64,000 bases of DNA from Acidobacteriota bacterium (GTDB lineage: Bacteria; Acidobacteriota; Terriglobia; Bryobacterales; Bryobacteraceae), in contig JACQZR010000126.1 of assembly GCA_016213775.1 (NCBI GenBank), forward strand, positions 16-64,015, read 5' to 3'. A model generated the notes under the pieces. That model was not told where the DNA came from, did no database searches, and saw nothing but the letters and a program-made list of their open reading frames with translations. Positions 25,067 to 35,084 of this stretch are shown piece by piece (position 1 is the first letter of the stretch; each line of letters opens with the position of its first letter). Position numbers and translations under genes: made by a program.

Positions 25067-27868
25067 ATGCGAAAACCAACCTGGATCCTTCTTGTACTCA
25101 CTGCCATCGTTGCGAGCATCGCTGGACTGCGCGCCTACCAATCGCAGTCCAACGCCGCGCTTGCCGCCAATGTCAACACCACGGTCCTTGTGTGGATGGG
25201 CGTCAATGCCACGGCACCCACCAAGTGGGACGGCAGCGCCGCCGTGACGGTCGGCAAACTTGTCTCGGTCACGGGTCGCCACTTCTCGGAGGAGGACAGT
25301 GTCACCGGCACTACCTGGAAAGCGCAAACGCGCCGCGATGCCGTGGCGCCCTTCGCCGATGTGAACTACACCGAGATGCGCCCCGGTTCGCAGCCCGAAG
25401 TGCGCCACCAACCCATCGGTGTGCAACTGGAGGTCGAAGGCCCGGCCACAGCGCGCGTCAACATCACCACGGACCAGGGGCCTTTCGATTTCTCGCTTGC
25501 CGGCCTTGGACTGGAACCGCTCGCCGTGCTGCAAGGCAAAGCGCTGGTGAGCCGCATCCCCACCGCGGAGAAACTCTCCTCTGGCGAATACGAAGATGAC
25601 GAACCATCGATCGCATCCGTGCCCGGCGGCGTCGCGGTTGCCTGGGTCGCCTACAAGGGGCAGGCAGAACGGGTTTTCCTTCGCAGCCGGTCCGCGAATG
25701 GCTGGACCGCAGCAGAGGAAGTCACCACCAAACCCGGCGACATTTTTCGCACTTCGTTGGCCGCGCTCGCCGATGGCACACTCTGGGTTTTCTGGAGCGA
25801 GCGCGATGGCGAACGCTGGTCCATCTGGGGACGCCGTAAAGCAAAGGACGGCGCGTGGTCTGCACCGGAGCGCATCAGCGGTGAAGGTTCCGCGACATTC
25901 CACCGCGCAGCGGCCGCTGACGGCACAGTCCACATCACCTGGCAGAATCTGATCAAAGGACAAAGCGATATTTATCTCCGATCCTGGAGCAACAACGCCT
26001 GGCAGCCTGAAGTCCGTGTGAGCGAGTCGTCAGCGAATGATTGGGAGCCTGCCATCGCAGCCGGCGGTGGAGCGGCGCACATTGTCTGGGACTCCTACGA
26101 TCAAGGCCAGTACGACATCCACTACCGTTCGTATCGTGACGGCAAACCCGGTCCGCTGACGCGCGTCACCGAAGGCCCGCGCTTCCAGGCGCACGCCGCC
26201 ATCGCGGTCGATTCGCAAGGCCGTCCCTGGCTTGCGTGGAACGAGTCCGGTGTCAACTGGGGCAAGGATCAAGGCTTCCTTGTGCCCACGCCGCTCGCTA
26301 CTCCGCTGCACCAGGAACGCTGGCTGCAGATGGTCTATCTGGAAGGTGGTGCGTTTCAGGAACCTTGGCCTGCCATCGCCACGGTCCTTCCAACAAACAT
26401 GCGCCGCAACGCCGAACACCCGCAACTGATCTTCAACCGCGAGGGTGTGCTCACGCTGCTCTATCGCCATTGGACCCGCCGTCTCTCGCGCAGCATCGGC
26501 AGCGCCATTGTATGGGACAACTACGCCACTACTTACGACGGCCAGCGTTGGACCACTCCTAAGCCCATCCCGCAGAGCGGCAGTTGGATCGAGAAACACC
26601 CGGGACTCGCGGTCGATCCCAATGGAGAAATCTGGGCCGCATGGATGACCGACAACCGTCCCTTCGCCACCATGATCCCGGGCAATTCCGATGTGCTTGC
26701 GGCCAGGCTCGCCAACCCCGGCCCGAACGCCGGCAGCATCTCCAAGCGGCCTTACGTGGAGCCCATGGAGGAGGCCATCCCGATCCACACCAACGATGCC
26801 GAAGACGTCAAGACCATCCGCGGCTACACGTTCCAAAACGGCGGCAAGACTTACAGAATCATCCGCGGCGACATGCACCGTCACACCGACCTCTCGCAGG
26901 ATTTCAAATACGACGGCTCGCTCTTTGAGGTCTACCGCTACGCACTCGATGCGGCAGGCTTCGACTACATCGCGCCCACCGATCACCAGGCCGGCTACGA
27001 CCAGGAGTTCAGTTGGTGGCAGAACCAAAAATACGTGGATTTGTTTTTGATGCCCGGATCGTTCGTGCCTCTCTTCGCCTATGAGCGCAGCCTCCGTTTC
27101 CCCAACGGCCATCGCAACATCGTGTGGGCCAAACGCGGCTTCCGCACCATGCCGATTCCGGCGGCGGAAGCGTCCGGTCAGGAAGGCGCAAAGAAGCTGT
27201 TCGCGCACCTCAAGGAAACCGGTGGCATTTCAATGCCCCATTCCTCCGCCACCGATCAAGGCACGGACTGGCGCGACAACGACCCTCAAGTGGAACCGCT
27301 CATGGAAATCTACCAGGGCTATCGCGCGAGCTACGAATATGAAGGCGCGCCCAAAGCCGCCACCACGCTCAACCAGCACGCGCAAAAGAGCGGCTGGCAG
27401 CCCGCTGGATTCTATTGGAACGCCCTCGCCAAAGGCTACAAGATTGGCGTGCAGGCCTCCAGCGATCACTGGTCCACGCACATCAGCTACGCGTGTCTGC
27501 TGGTGGAGGGCACGTCGCGCGAACACCTTCTCGACGCCATCCGCAAGCGTCACGCCTACGCCGCGACAGACAATATCATCCTCGATTTCCGTGCCAGGGC
27601 AGGCGGGGCCGAGCACATCATGGGCGACGCATTCGAGGGCGCGGCTCCTCCCGTCCTCTCCGTCACGGCGACGGGCACCAACCCCATCAAGCAGGTGGAC
27701 ATCATCCGCGACAAGCAGTTCCTCTACACCTCGCGTCCGCAAAAGAAAGCGGTCCAGTTTACCTTCACTGACACCTCCAAAGCCGCGGGCGAAAGTTGGT
27801 ATTATGTCCGGGTGCTTCAGGAGGACGGCCAGATTGCCTGGAGTTCACCCATCTGGATCCGGAAGTAG
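25067..27868 (+). CDS. large exported protein: W-rich propeller-like repeats plus C-terminal PHP/CehA-like metallohydrolase region
   Basis: It has the N-terminal anchor MRKPTWILLVLTAIVASIAG. Repeated segments include LWVFWSERDGERWSIW, VHITWQN, AHIVWDSYDQGQYDIHY and PWLAWNESG. His-rich motifs include GDMHRHTDLS, APTDHQ, MPHSSATD and SSDHWSTH. Confidence 0.75.
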   Translation: MRKPTWILLVLTAIVASIAGLRAYQSQSNAALAANVNTTVLVWMGVNATAPTKWDGSAAVTVGKLVSVTGRHFSEEDSVTGTTWKAQTRRDAVAPFADVNYTEMRPGSQPEVRHQPIGVQLEVEGPATARVNITTDQGPFDFSLAGLGLEPLAVLQGKALVSRIPTAEKLSSGEYEDDEPSIASVPGGVAVAWVAYKGQAERVFLRSRSANGWTAAEEVTTKPGDIFRTSLAALADGTLWVFWSERDGERWSIWGRRKAKDGAWSAPERISGEGSATFHRAAAADGTVHITWQNLIKGQSDIYLRSWSNNAWQPEVRVSESSANDWEPAIAAGGGAAHIVWDSYDQGQYDIHYRSYRDGKPGPLTRVTEGPRFQAHAAIAVDSQGRPWLAWNESGVNWGKDQGFLVPTPLATPLHQERWLQMVYLEGGAFQEPWPAIATVLPTNMRRNAEHPQLIFNREGVLTLLYRHWTRRLSRSIGSAIVWDNYATTYDGQRWTTPKPIPQSGSWIEKHPGLAVDPNGEIWAAWMTDNRPFATMIPGNSDVLAARLANPGPNAGSISKRPYVEPMEEAIPIHTNDAEDVKTIRGYTFQNGGKTYRIIRGDMHRHTDLSQDFKYDGSLFEVYRYALDAAGFDYIAPTDHQAGYDQEFSWWQNQKYVDLFLMPGSFVPLFAYERSLRFPNGHRNIVWAKRGFRTMPIPAAEASGQEGAKKLFAHLKETGGISMPHSSATDQGTDWRDNDPQVEPLMEIYQGYRASYEYEGAPKAATTLNQHAQKSGWQPAGFYWNALAKGYKIGVQASSDHWSTHISYACLLVEGTSREHLLDAIRKRHAYAATDNIILDFRARAGGAEHIMGDAFEGAAPPVLSVTATGTNPIKQVDIIRDKQFLYTSRPQKKAVQFTFTDTSKAAGESWYYVRVLQEDGQIAWSSPIWIRK

Positions 27869-27931
27869 AGAGGCGCGACGCAGGACTTTTCCGTGGAAAC
27901 GTGGGATCTTTTGCGTCCGGTTTACGCTATT

Positions 27932-28324
27932 ATGAGTGTGCGGATGTTGGACCCGGAGTCTGCTGCCAATAGCATGTTCCAACCGAATCCCCATCTGAGC
28001 GACGCGATCAATGACAACATTGTCCGCTCAGAGGTGGAAGGCGGGGTGTACGTGAAGGATCTGCCTTTGGAAAGCAAGATTGAAATCGAAACGCAAAATC
28101 GCTTTTACACACTGGTAAATCGCGGCGGCGGCCAGTTCCTCATCAGCGGTCATCCGAAGTTCTGTCCGCAGCCGACACTCGTCACGGTGGCCGGATGCAA
28201 CTGGGGCGGATCGATGCTCAAGCGCGCCTACGTCGGCCGCGGCATGCACCTCGAATTCCTCCACCCCAGCTATGAACGGCCCATCGTCACCAGCCGCATC
28301 ATCGAAATCCGTGTCGTCCGTTAG
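27932..28324 (+). CDS. hypothetical protein
   Basis: The start is ATG 27932 or GTG 27893. Codon bias is good. It is followed by an intrinsic terminator. No family recognised. Confidence 0.6.
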   Translation: MSVRMLDPESAANSMFQPNPHLSDAINDNIVRSEVEGGVYVKDLPLESKIEIETQNRFYTLVNRGGGQFLISGHPKFCPQPTLVTVAGCNWGGSMLKRAYVGRGMHLEFLHPSYERPIVTSRIIEIRVVR

Positions 28325-28332
28325 GATGAGTT

Positions 28333-28368
28333 GGGGAGCGCCGACGCGCGACACTCCCCATTGTTTTT
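28333..28368 (+). terminator. Rho-independent terminator
   Basis: GGGGAG (28333-28338) pairs with CTCCCC (28354-28359), with an inner GCGC/GCGC pairing, and is followed by ATTGTTTTT (28360-28368). Confidence 0.7.
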
Positions 28369-28383
28369 GATGCGCGAGTCTCT

Positions 28384-28854
28384 TCAGTCCGTCATGGCCA
28401 TCTTCCTGTACTGGCACGAGACCACGTCGCCGGGCACAAGCAAGACGATGTTGAACTCGAGACCAAACGGCATGTAGACCACGCTTGCGGTTCCAGGGAA
28501 TTGGAGACCCAGAGCTTTCAGTGTGTAGGTCTTGGTGCCGGTGCAGTCCTGGTTCACGGTGTATTTCTCGTCGATTTCCACGGGGAATGAGGTGCCGGCA
28601 ATCGTGAAGTGGCCCTTCATCTTGCCGGTTCCATCCCGCTCAAGCACGGCGCGTCCGATGCCAAGGAATGGCACGAGCACGGTGTCCGTGGGAATGCCGG
28701 TGATGTTCTTCAGCGGTGTAAAGCCGGTGCAGGTGACGCAGTAGACACCTCGCAGCATCTCGGGCCGGCAGGCGCCCTGCGGTTGCGCCAGCGCTGCCGG
28801 AGCAGTCGCCAGCATGATGAGAGCAACAATGGAAAGGATCAAGCAGTGTCGCAT
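28384..28854 (-). CDS. small secreted hypothetical protein
   Basis: ATG 28854 gives the signal peptide MRHCLILSIVALIMLATAPAALAQ. It is beta-rich and Cys-containing. The longer track ORF to 29211 crosses the neighbouring promoter. Confidence 0.65.
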   Translation of the reverse strand: MRHCLILSIVALIMLATAPAALAQPQGACRPEMLRGVYCVTCTGFTPLKNITGIPTDTVLVPFLGIGRAVLERDGTGKMKGHFTIAGTSFPVEIDEKYTVNQDCTGTKTYTLKALGLQFPGTASVVYMPFGLEFNIVLLVPGDVVSCQYRKMAMTD

Positions 28855-28976
28855 AATCAATTTCCTCCTGTCACAATCATGAAGGTGTGGCACAGGCAAG
28901 GGAATCGACGGAGGCTTGACGCCGTCTTGACTCTCGCCTAACGCGCAAACCAGTGAATCGGCGCTGCATGTCCCCA

Positions 28977-29005
28977 TTGACACCCGGACCGTCGCGCCGT
29001 ATGCT
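28977..29005 (+). promoter_or_regulatory. sigma70-like promoter, probably leaderless transcript
   Basis: TTGACA (28977-28982), a 17-nt spacer and TATGCT (29000-29005). The ATG at 29011 lies only 5 nt after the -10, and there is no Shine-Dalgarno. Confidence 0.5.
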
Positions 29006-29010
29006 CGCCC

Positions 29011-30798
29011 ATGAAAGGGATCGCCCGCATGCCGGCAGCAACCGCGTCCCCGAGGCTGATTCGCTTCCACGATTTCGAACTGGATGTCTGCACTGGGCAT
29101 CTTCGCAAGCGCGGTGTGCGAATCAAGCTTCGCGATCAGGCAGTGGAGGTATTGACCATTCTGCTGCAACACCCGGGAGAACTGGTGACTCGTGAAGCAT
29201 TCCGCCGGCACCTTTGGCCGGACGACGTCTTTGTCGATTTCGACAATAGCCTAAACACCGCGGTGGCCCGATTGCGGGAAGTGCTGGGGGATTCGGCCGA
29301 TCACCCGCGCTTCATTGAAACGATCTCCAAGCGCGGTTACCGGTTTGTTGCTGATTTGCCGCAGCCCGTTCCCGAGCCGGAGCCGGCTCCCAAACCGCGG
29401 TTGCTGGTGATGCCGCTTCTCAATCTGAGCGGCGATCCCTCGCAGGAGTATTTCAGCGACGCGATGGCCGAAGAGATCATCACGGCCGTGGCGAGCCTGG
29501 CGTCCGATCGTCTGGCGGTGATCGCGCGGACAACGGCCATGTGTTACAAAGGCACGTCGAAGGATGTGACTCGCATCGGGCAGGAGCTGGCCGTCGATTA
29601 TCTTGTCGAAGGCAGCGTCCGGCTCGCACAGGACGTAATCACCATCAACCTCCAATTGATCCAGGTACGCGACCAGACGCACCTCTGGGCTGAGCATTAC
29701 GAGGCGAAGGCAGAGGACGTGTTCCGGATTCAACGCGAGGCCGCGCTAGCCATCGTGAACAGGATCGGCATTGCATCCGGAGGCAACGCAGAACCCACGT
29801 CAAACGGGCAGTCTCCCGCTCCGAGAAAACAGACGTGCGATCTTGTGGCCTACAACTACTACCTGCAGGGGCGTGCGAACTTCAACAAATGGACTCCGGA
29901 GGGGTTCCGGCTGGCCAAACAATACCTCGACCAGTCGATCGCGCGCGATCCCAACTATGCACCCGCCTACGATTCGCTGGCGGAATTGTACTGGTATATA
30001 GGATTCTTCGGGTACGCGCCGCCGAAGGATGCTTTTTCCACGGGAATCTTCGCAGCCTTGCGCGCCGTCGAGCTTGATCCAACGCTCGGCGACACCCATG
30101 CGCTGATTGGCATGTATCGCAAGGAACTCGACTATAACTGGCAGGAAGTGGAGCGCCAGATGAAACACGCTCTGGAAATCAGTCCTGCCTCCCCGGTGGT
30201 CCGGCTCCGTTATGCGCTGAGCGGATTGTGTCCTCATGGCCTCGTCGCCGAAGCCGCGGCTCAAATAGAGATGGCTGTCGAATCTGATCCGCTGTCTCTG
30301 TTCGTGCGTTGGTGGTTGGGAGGGATGCGGGCGCTCGCGCGACAGTACGACCAGGCGTTCGAACAATACCGTTTGATTCTCGAGATCGATCCTTTCTTCG
30401 CCTTCGCCCATTGGGGCATTGGGCTCCTGTACCATGCGCAAGGACGGTTCGATCTTGCCCTGGACGCCCTCCGCAAAGCTACCGAATGCTCCGGAGAATC
30501 TCCGCTCATGTTGGGTTGGCTTGGGTTGGAATGCGCTTGCAGCGGCAACACGGAGGAAGCGTGCGCCATCCGCGACCGCCTTGAGGCAATCGCCGCTCAT
30601 GCCTACGTGCCCCCGACCGGCTTCGCCTGGATAGCCTTTGGCCTCGGAGATCTCGACTCCGCCTTCGCGTGGTTGGAACGGGCGGTGGATGCGCGTGACC
30701 CCTTTATCATCCCCATTAAAACCTACGCTGTTCTTGATCCGTTCCGTTCCGACCCGCGCTATCGCAAAGTACTCGCCAGGATGAATCTGGAGCCTTGA
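29011..30798 (+). CDS. winged-helix (OmpR/CadC-type) transcriptional regulator with TPR domain
   Basis: The trans_reg_C motif region reads FHDFELDV...LRDQAVEVLTILL...ETISKRGYRF. It is followed by a TolB-N-like linker and TPR repeats. Confidence 0.88.
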   Translation: MKGIARMPAATASPRLIRFHDFELDVCTGHLRKRGVRIKLRDQAVEVLTILLQHPGELVTREAFRRHLWPDDVFVDFDNSLNTAVARLREVLGDSADHPRFIETISKRGYRFVADLPQPVPEPEPAPKPRLLVMPLLNLSGDPSQEYFSDAMAEEIITAVASLASDRLAVIARTTAMCYKGTSKDVTRIGQELAVDYLVEGSVRLAQDVITINLQLIQVRDQTHLWAEHYEAKAEDVFRIQREAALAIVNRIGIASGGNAEPTSNGQSPAPRKQTCDLVAYNYYLQGRANFNKWTPEGFRLAKQYLDQSIARDPNYAPAYDSLAELYWYIGFFGYAPPKDAFSTGIFAALRAVELDPTLGDTHALIGMYRKELDYNWQEVERQMKHALEISPASPVVRLRYALSGLCPHGLVAEAAAQIEMAVESDPLSLFVRWWLGGMRALARQYDQAFEQYRLILEIDPFFAFAHWGIGLLYHAQGRFDLALDALRKATECSGESPLMLGWLGLECACSGNTEEACAIRDRLEAIAAHAYVPPTGFAWIAFGLGDLDSAFAWLERAVDARDPFIIPIKTYAVLDPFRSDPRYRKVLARMNLEP

Positions 30799-30822
30799 AC
30801 CCGAATCGGTTATGCTGGTGCG

Positions 30823-31887
30823 ATGTTCCGCTTGTTCCTCATCGCCCTATTTGCGTTCGCGTCCCACGCCAAGGAAATCCATACCCTCGCCGGTAACGGG
30901 AAGCCTGGCTACTCCGGTGATGGCGGGCCCGCCGTGCAAGCCGTCATCAACAACCCTTACGGTCTGGTGGTCGGTCCCGACGGCGCGTTGTATGTTTGCG
31001 AGATCGGCAATCACGTAATCCGCCGCATCGACCTCAAGAAGGGGACCATCTCTACCGTCGCGGGCAACGGGAAGAAAGGCTATTCCGGCGATGGCGGCCC
31101 TGCCACGGCGGCCTCGTTGAACGAGCCCTACGAGATCCGTTTTGACAAAGCAGGCAACATGTACTTCGTCGAGATGAAGAACAATCTCATCCGCCGCGTC
31201 GATGCCAAGACCAAGACTATCTCCACCATCGCCGGCCGCCCCGAGCCTGGTTTCAGCGGCGATGGCGGCCCCGCGAAAAACGCCCAGTTCAGTCAGCCGC
31301 ACAGCATCGCCTTCGACCCGAAAGGCCGTCTGCTGGTGTGCGACATCGCCAACCACCGCGTTCGCCGCATCGACATGAAGACCGGCCTCATCGAAACCTA
31401 CATCGGCACAGGTAAACGCGAAAAGACGCCAGACGGAGCACCGGTGAAAGGCACGCCCGTCAACGGTCCGCGCGCCATCGACCTCGACAAGAAGGGCAAC
31501 CTCTACCTCGTCCTGCGCGAAGGCAACATGGTCTACCGAATCGACCCCAAGACCGAGACCTTCCACCACATCGCGGGCACTGGTGAGAAGGGATTCACGG
31601 GCAATGGCGCCGACGCGCGTCAGGCCAAACTCAACGGCCCCAAAGGCATCGCCTGGGTGCCCGACAACAGCGTCTACATCGCCGATACCGAGAGCCACAC
31701 CATCCGCCGCATCGACCTCAAGACCGGTATCATCACCACGCCTGTTGGCAATGGCGAGCGCGGAGACGGCCCTGAACCCGATCCCGCTCAATGCAAGGGC
31801 AACCGCCCCCACGGCATCTACGCCGATTCCAAAGGCGTCATCTACATCGGCGATAGCGAAGCGCACCGCGTGCGCATTCTCAAGTGA
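30823..31887 (+). CDS. secreted NHL-repeat beta-propeller
   Basis: It has a signal peptide and about six repeats of GYSGDGGPA....P.gi..d..G.lyv.d..nh.iRrid. Confidence 0.85.
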   Translation: MFRLFLIALFAFASHAKEIHTLAGNGKPGYSGDGGPAVQAVINNPYGLVVGPDGALYVCEIGNHVIRRIDLKKGTISTVAGNGKKGYSGDGGPATAASLNEPYEIRFDKAGNMYFVEMKNNLIRRVDAKTKTISTIAGRPEPGFSGDGGPAKNAQFSQPHSIAFDPKGRLLVCDIANHRVRRIDMKTGLIETYIGTGKREKTPDGAPVKGTPVNGPRAIDLDKKGNLYLVLREGNMVYRIDPKTETFHHIAGTGEKGFTGNGADARQAKLNGPKGIAWVPDNSVYIADTESHTIRRIDLKTGIITTPVGNGERGDGPEPDPAQCKGNRPHGIYADSKGVIYIGDSEAHRVRILK

Positions 31888-32870
31888 CACTCCCTCGCAT
31901 TGCGATTCTGACAACCGGTGGAACCATCGCCGGCAAATGGGATGACGCGCAGGGTGGTGTCGTGCCCGTGCTCAGCGGCGAAGAACTCGTGCGCCTCACT
32001 CCCGGACTCTCACGGCTCGCTGAACCGCACATCGAGCAGATCGCCAACGTCGATTCCTCGAACATGCAGCCCGAGGTCTGGCTGCGCCTGTCGCAGCGCG
32101 TCAATCATTGGCTCGCGCTCGACGACGTTGTTGGTGTGGTGGTGACTCATGGCACCGACACGCTGGAAGAAACGGCGTATCTCCTCGATCTGACCACCAC
32201 CAGCCCCAAGCCTGTCGTCATCGTGGGCGCGCAACGTCCGCCGACGTTTCCCGATTCCGACGCTCCGCGCAACCTGCTCGACGCCGTGCGTGTGGCACTT
32301 TCGCCTGAAGCCACCGGCATGGGTACGCTGGTCGTCATGAATGGCCAGGTGAACGCCGCGCGCGATGTCACCAAGACGAGCACGACGGAGCGGGAAGCTT
32401 TTCAAAGCCTCGAGTTCGGCCCCCTTGGAGTCGCCGATATCGAGACCGTCCGTTTCTACCGCGCTCCGATGCGCCGCCGCGTGCTGGCCCTTGCCGGCGA
32501 TGCCGTCTTCGGCCGAGTGGAGATCGTGATGCACTACGCCGGCGCCGACGGCCTTCTGATCCGCGCACTCGCCGACGCCGGTGTTGCCGGACTCGTTGTT
32601 GCCGCCACAGGTTTGGGCCAGGTGAGCGAGGCGATGTTCGATGCCATTCGCGACCTGCGGGAGCGCGGCGTGCCGGTCGTCATCAGCACGCGCGTCTATA
32701 CCGGCCGGGTCATTCCGCTGTACGGATCGCAAGGAGGTGTCGGATCCTTGCTCAATCTGGGCTGCATCCTTGCCGGAAACCTCAGCCCCGTCAAAGCGCG
32801 CGTCATGCTTATGGTCGCTCTCGCCGCCGGATTCACGACGCACAATCTGCAGCAGTGCTTCGATTGGTAG
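31884..32870 (+). CDS. L-asparaginase
   Basis: GTG 31884 overlaps the upstream stop. Motifs are ILTTGGTIAG and HGTDTLEETAY. Confidence 0.9.
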   Translation: MTLPRIAILTTGGTIAGKWDDAQGGVVPVLSGEELVRLTPGLSRLAEPHIEQIANVDSSNMQPEVWLRLSQRVNHWLALDDVVGVVVTHGTDTLEETAYLLDLTTTSPKPVVIVGAQRPPTFPDSDAPRNLLDAVRVALSPEATGMGTLVVMNGQVNAARDVTKTSTTEREAFQSLEFGPLGVADIETVRFYRAPMRRRVLALAGDAVFGRVEIVMHYAGADGLLIRALADAGVAGLVVAATGLGQVSEAMFDAIRDLRERGVPVVISTRVYTGRVIPLYGSQGGVGSLLNLGCILAGNLSPVKARVMLMVALAAGFTTHNLQQCFDW

Positions 32871-34076
32871 CTACTGCTGCAGAATCCATTCAATGATCGG
32901 ATCCCGGTCGGCGAAGTAATCGGACGCCTTCAATTCGAAGGCAACGTCCGGCGCAATCGTCGGACCGGGTGCATTCGGGATCTGAAAGACGCGCGAAGAA
33001 CAATTCACCACGAGCCGTGAGTTCGGCAGCGAAAACTGGATCACTTCGCCGAAGCCGCTCGCTCCGCCGCCAACCGGCTCTCCGATCAACGTTGCGCCCA
33101 GACCCTTAAGCGTCGCGGCATTCAGCGATGCCGAGGAGGCCGTCTCGCGGCCGATCACGACAAACAGTTTCGATGGAGGAAAGCCCTGCCGGATGGCAAC
33201 CTGAAGTGCGTCGATCATCGGCTGGAGAACCGCCGAAGAACCGCCGCCGTTGTTTCGCATGTCAATCACTGCCTTCGACGGCTGGGTCTCAGCGAACTCC
33301 TGCAGCATCTGCGTCAGGAAGCGGGAGAACGGCAGCGTGTTCATACTGGTGCAGGCATTGTATTTGATGTAGACCGTTTGGGCTTCCGGCAAGTAGTCGT
33401 ACCAATAGTACTGCGAGGGGTTGCGGCGATAGTAAGGGAAGAGCGGCTTGGCGATCACCGGCCCGTTCAACAGTGCAGCAGGCGCGAGCGCAACGTTGAT
33501 CGCGGTTCCATCCTCAAACACGAAAGGGACCGGCCCGTCGGCAGCAATGACACCCGCCGTGAGCAGAATGTCCGGACTGATCAGGTAATTGCCGCTGATC
33601 AAACGGGCCCACCAATCGTTCTCGCCGGATATGTACGGGCGCACGGCAGCATAGGCATCCTCCGCCGGTTTGTCACCGATCTGGACGACACGCTTTCCGA
33701 TAGATGGGCCGTGCGCATCGGAGGCTTGTGTCACGAATAACCCATCTGGGAACCAGCGCAGCCGGATTGGCGGAAACCGGAACCCCGCGGTGCCTTGTGT
33801 CAGGGAAAGCGAGGTGTGATAGTCCCCGATGGACGCCGCGATCTTCGCCAGCCCCGCGATCACAGCCCCATCAGACAACTGCGGGATGGTGTCGTTCAAC
33901 TGCTGAACGGATTCGGCGAATTGTTCGCGGCTGATTTGTGTGTACGGATTCGGGTGCGTCGCTGTGATCCGTTGTTGTAGGAATTGTAAATCGTCTCGCC
34001 AGCGCTGATCGCGTGTCGCATTGGATTGGGCGCTCAGCGCGGGGATAAGTAATAAAAGAGCAGCAATAACTCCCAT
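32871..34076 (-). CDS. S41-family peptidase (tail-specific-protease-like)
   Basis: ATG 34076 gives the signal peptide MGVIAALLLLIPALSAQ. It has the motif IDMRNNGGGS. Confidence 0.75.
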   Translation of the reverse strand: MGVIAALLLLIPALSAQSNATRDQRWRDDLQFLQQRITATHPNPYTQISREQFAESVQQLNDTIPQLSDGAVIAGLAKIAASIGDYHTSLSLTQGTAGFRFPPIRLRWFPDGLFVTQASDAHGPSIGKRVVQIGDKPAEDAYAAVRPYISGENDWWARLISGNYLISPDILLTAGVIAADGPVPFVFEDGTAINVALAPAALLNGPVIAKPLFPYYRRNPSQYYWYDYLPEAQTVYIKYNACTSMNTLPFSRFLTQMLQEFAETQPSKAVIDMRNNGGGSSAVLQPMIDALQVAIRQGFPPSKLFVVIGRETASSASLNAATLKGLGATLIGEPVGGGASGFGEVIQFSLPNSRLVVNCSSRVFQIPNAPGPTIAPDVAFELKASDYFADRDPIIEWILQQ

Positions 34077-34083
34077 GCCACGA

Positions 34084-35070
34084 TCATACGCGCAGCCGCG
34101 GTGGAGGTGGGCAACAATCGGCGTCACAGAGTCCTGGTAGCGATCCCTTGCCTTCCATATGCTCCACAATCAATTCGCGGATCATCCGCACAAAGTAGGG
34201 ATGCGTGCCGGCTGTGGGTGCGCGCGACATCGTCATGCCCAACTCGCGGCACAAGTCCTTGGCTTCGGTGTCGAGATCGTACAACACTTCCAGATGATCC
34301 GACACGAATCCGATCGGCACCACTACCACCGCCCGCGTCCCCGTCGCATTCGCCGCGCGGATTGCGTCCAGCACATCGGGTTCGAGCCACGGCGCCTGTG
34401 GCGGTCCGCTGCGGCTCTGAAAAACCAGCCTGTAACTCGTCACGCCCAGCATCGCAGCCACAGCGCGCGACGAGTGTTCCAACTGCGGAAGATACTGGCA
34501 CGAATTGGCCATCGACATAGGGATACTATGCGCAGTGAACAGCACCAACGCGGCATCCCGCTGGTCTGCCGGAAGCGCGCGAATCGCGTCCCAGGCCCCC
34601 TCGCGCACCACCTCCAGATAGGCCGGATGATTGTAGAACACCCGCAGCTTGTCAATCTCCGGCGCGCCCTCTCCCACTGCCGCCCGGGCCGCCGCGACAT
34701 TCTCTTTGTACTGCCGGCAGCCTGAATAGCTGCTAAACGCCGAGGTGAACAAAGCGATCGCCCGCTTCACACCGGCAGCTTTCATCTGCTGTATGGTGTC
34801 GGTGAGAAACGGATGCCAGTTGCGATTTCCCCAGTAAACCGGCAAGTGCGGGCCATGCGACGCCAGTTCCTTCTCCAATGCCGCAATCAACGAGCGGTTC
34901 TGGTCATTGATCGGACTCCGGCCGCCGAAATGATGATAGTGCGCCGCCACTTCCTGCAAGCGCTCGGCGGGCACACCGCGCCCGCGAGTGACATTCTCCA
35001 GGAATGGCATCACATCGTCCGGCCTCTCAGGCCCGCCAAAACTAACCACCAACAGCGCGTCAAAATCCAT
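34084..35070 (-). CDS. hemH: ferrochelatase
   Basis: The sequence reads MDFDALLVVSFGGPERPDDVMPFLENVTRGRG...HYHHFGGRSPIN. The tail is Cys-rich (CDADCC). Confidence 0.92.
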   Translation of the reverse strand: MDFDALLVVSFGGPERPDDVMPFLENVTRGRGVPAERLQEVAAHYHHFGGRSPINDQNRSLIAALEKELASHGPHLPVYWGNRNWHPFLTDTIQQMKAAGVKRAIALFTSAFSSYSGCRQYKENVAAARAAVGEGAPEIDKLRVFYNHPAYLEVVREGAWDAIRALPADQRDAALVLFTAHSIPMSMANSCQYLPQLEHSSRAVAAMLGVTSYRLVFQSRSGPPQAPWLEPDVLDAIRAANATGTRAVVVVPIGFVSDHLEVLYDLDTEAKDLCRELGMTMSRAPTAGTHPYFVRMIRELIVEHMEGKGSLPGLCDADCCPPPPRLRV

Positions 35071-35084
35071 GTTATCTGGTTCCT

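Noticed and set aside
28855-29211. A 119-codon upstream extension of the small secreted protein ORF (28384-29211).
   Set aside because: The extension runs antisense across the regulator's promoter and N-terminus. The internal ATG 28854 yields a canonical signal peptide.
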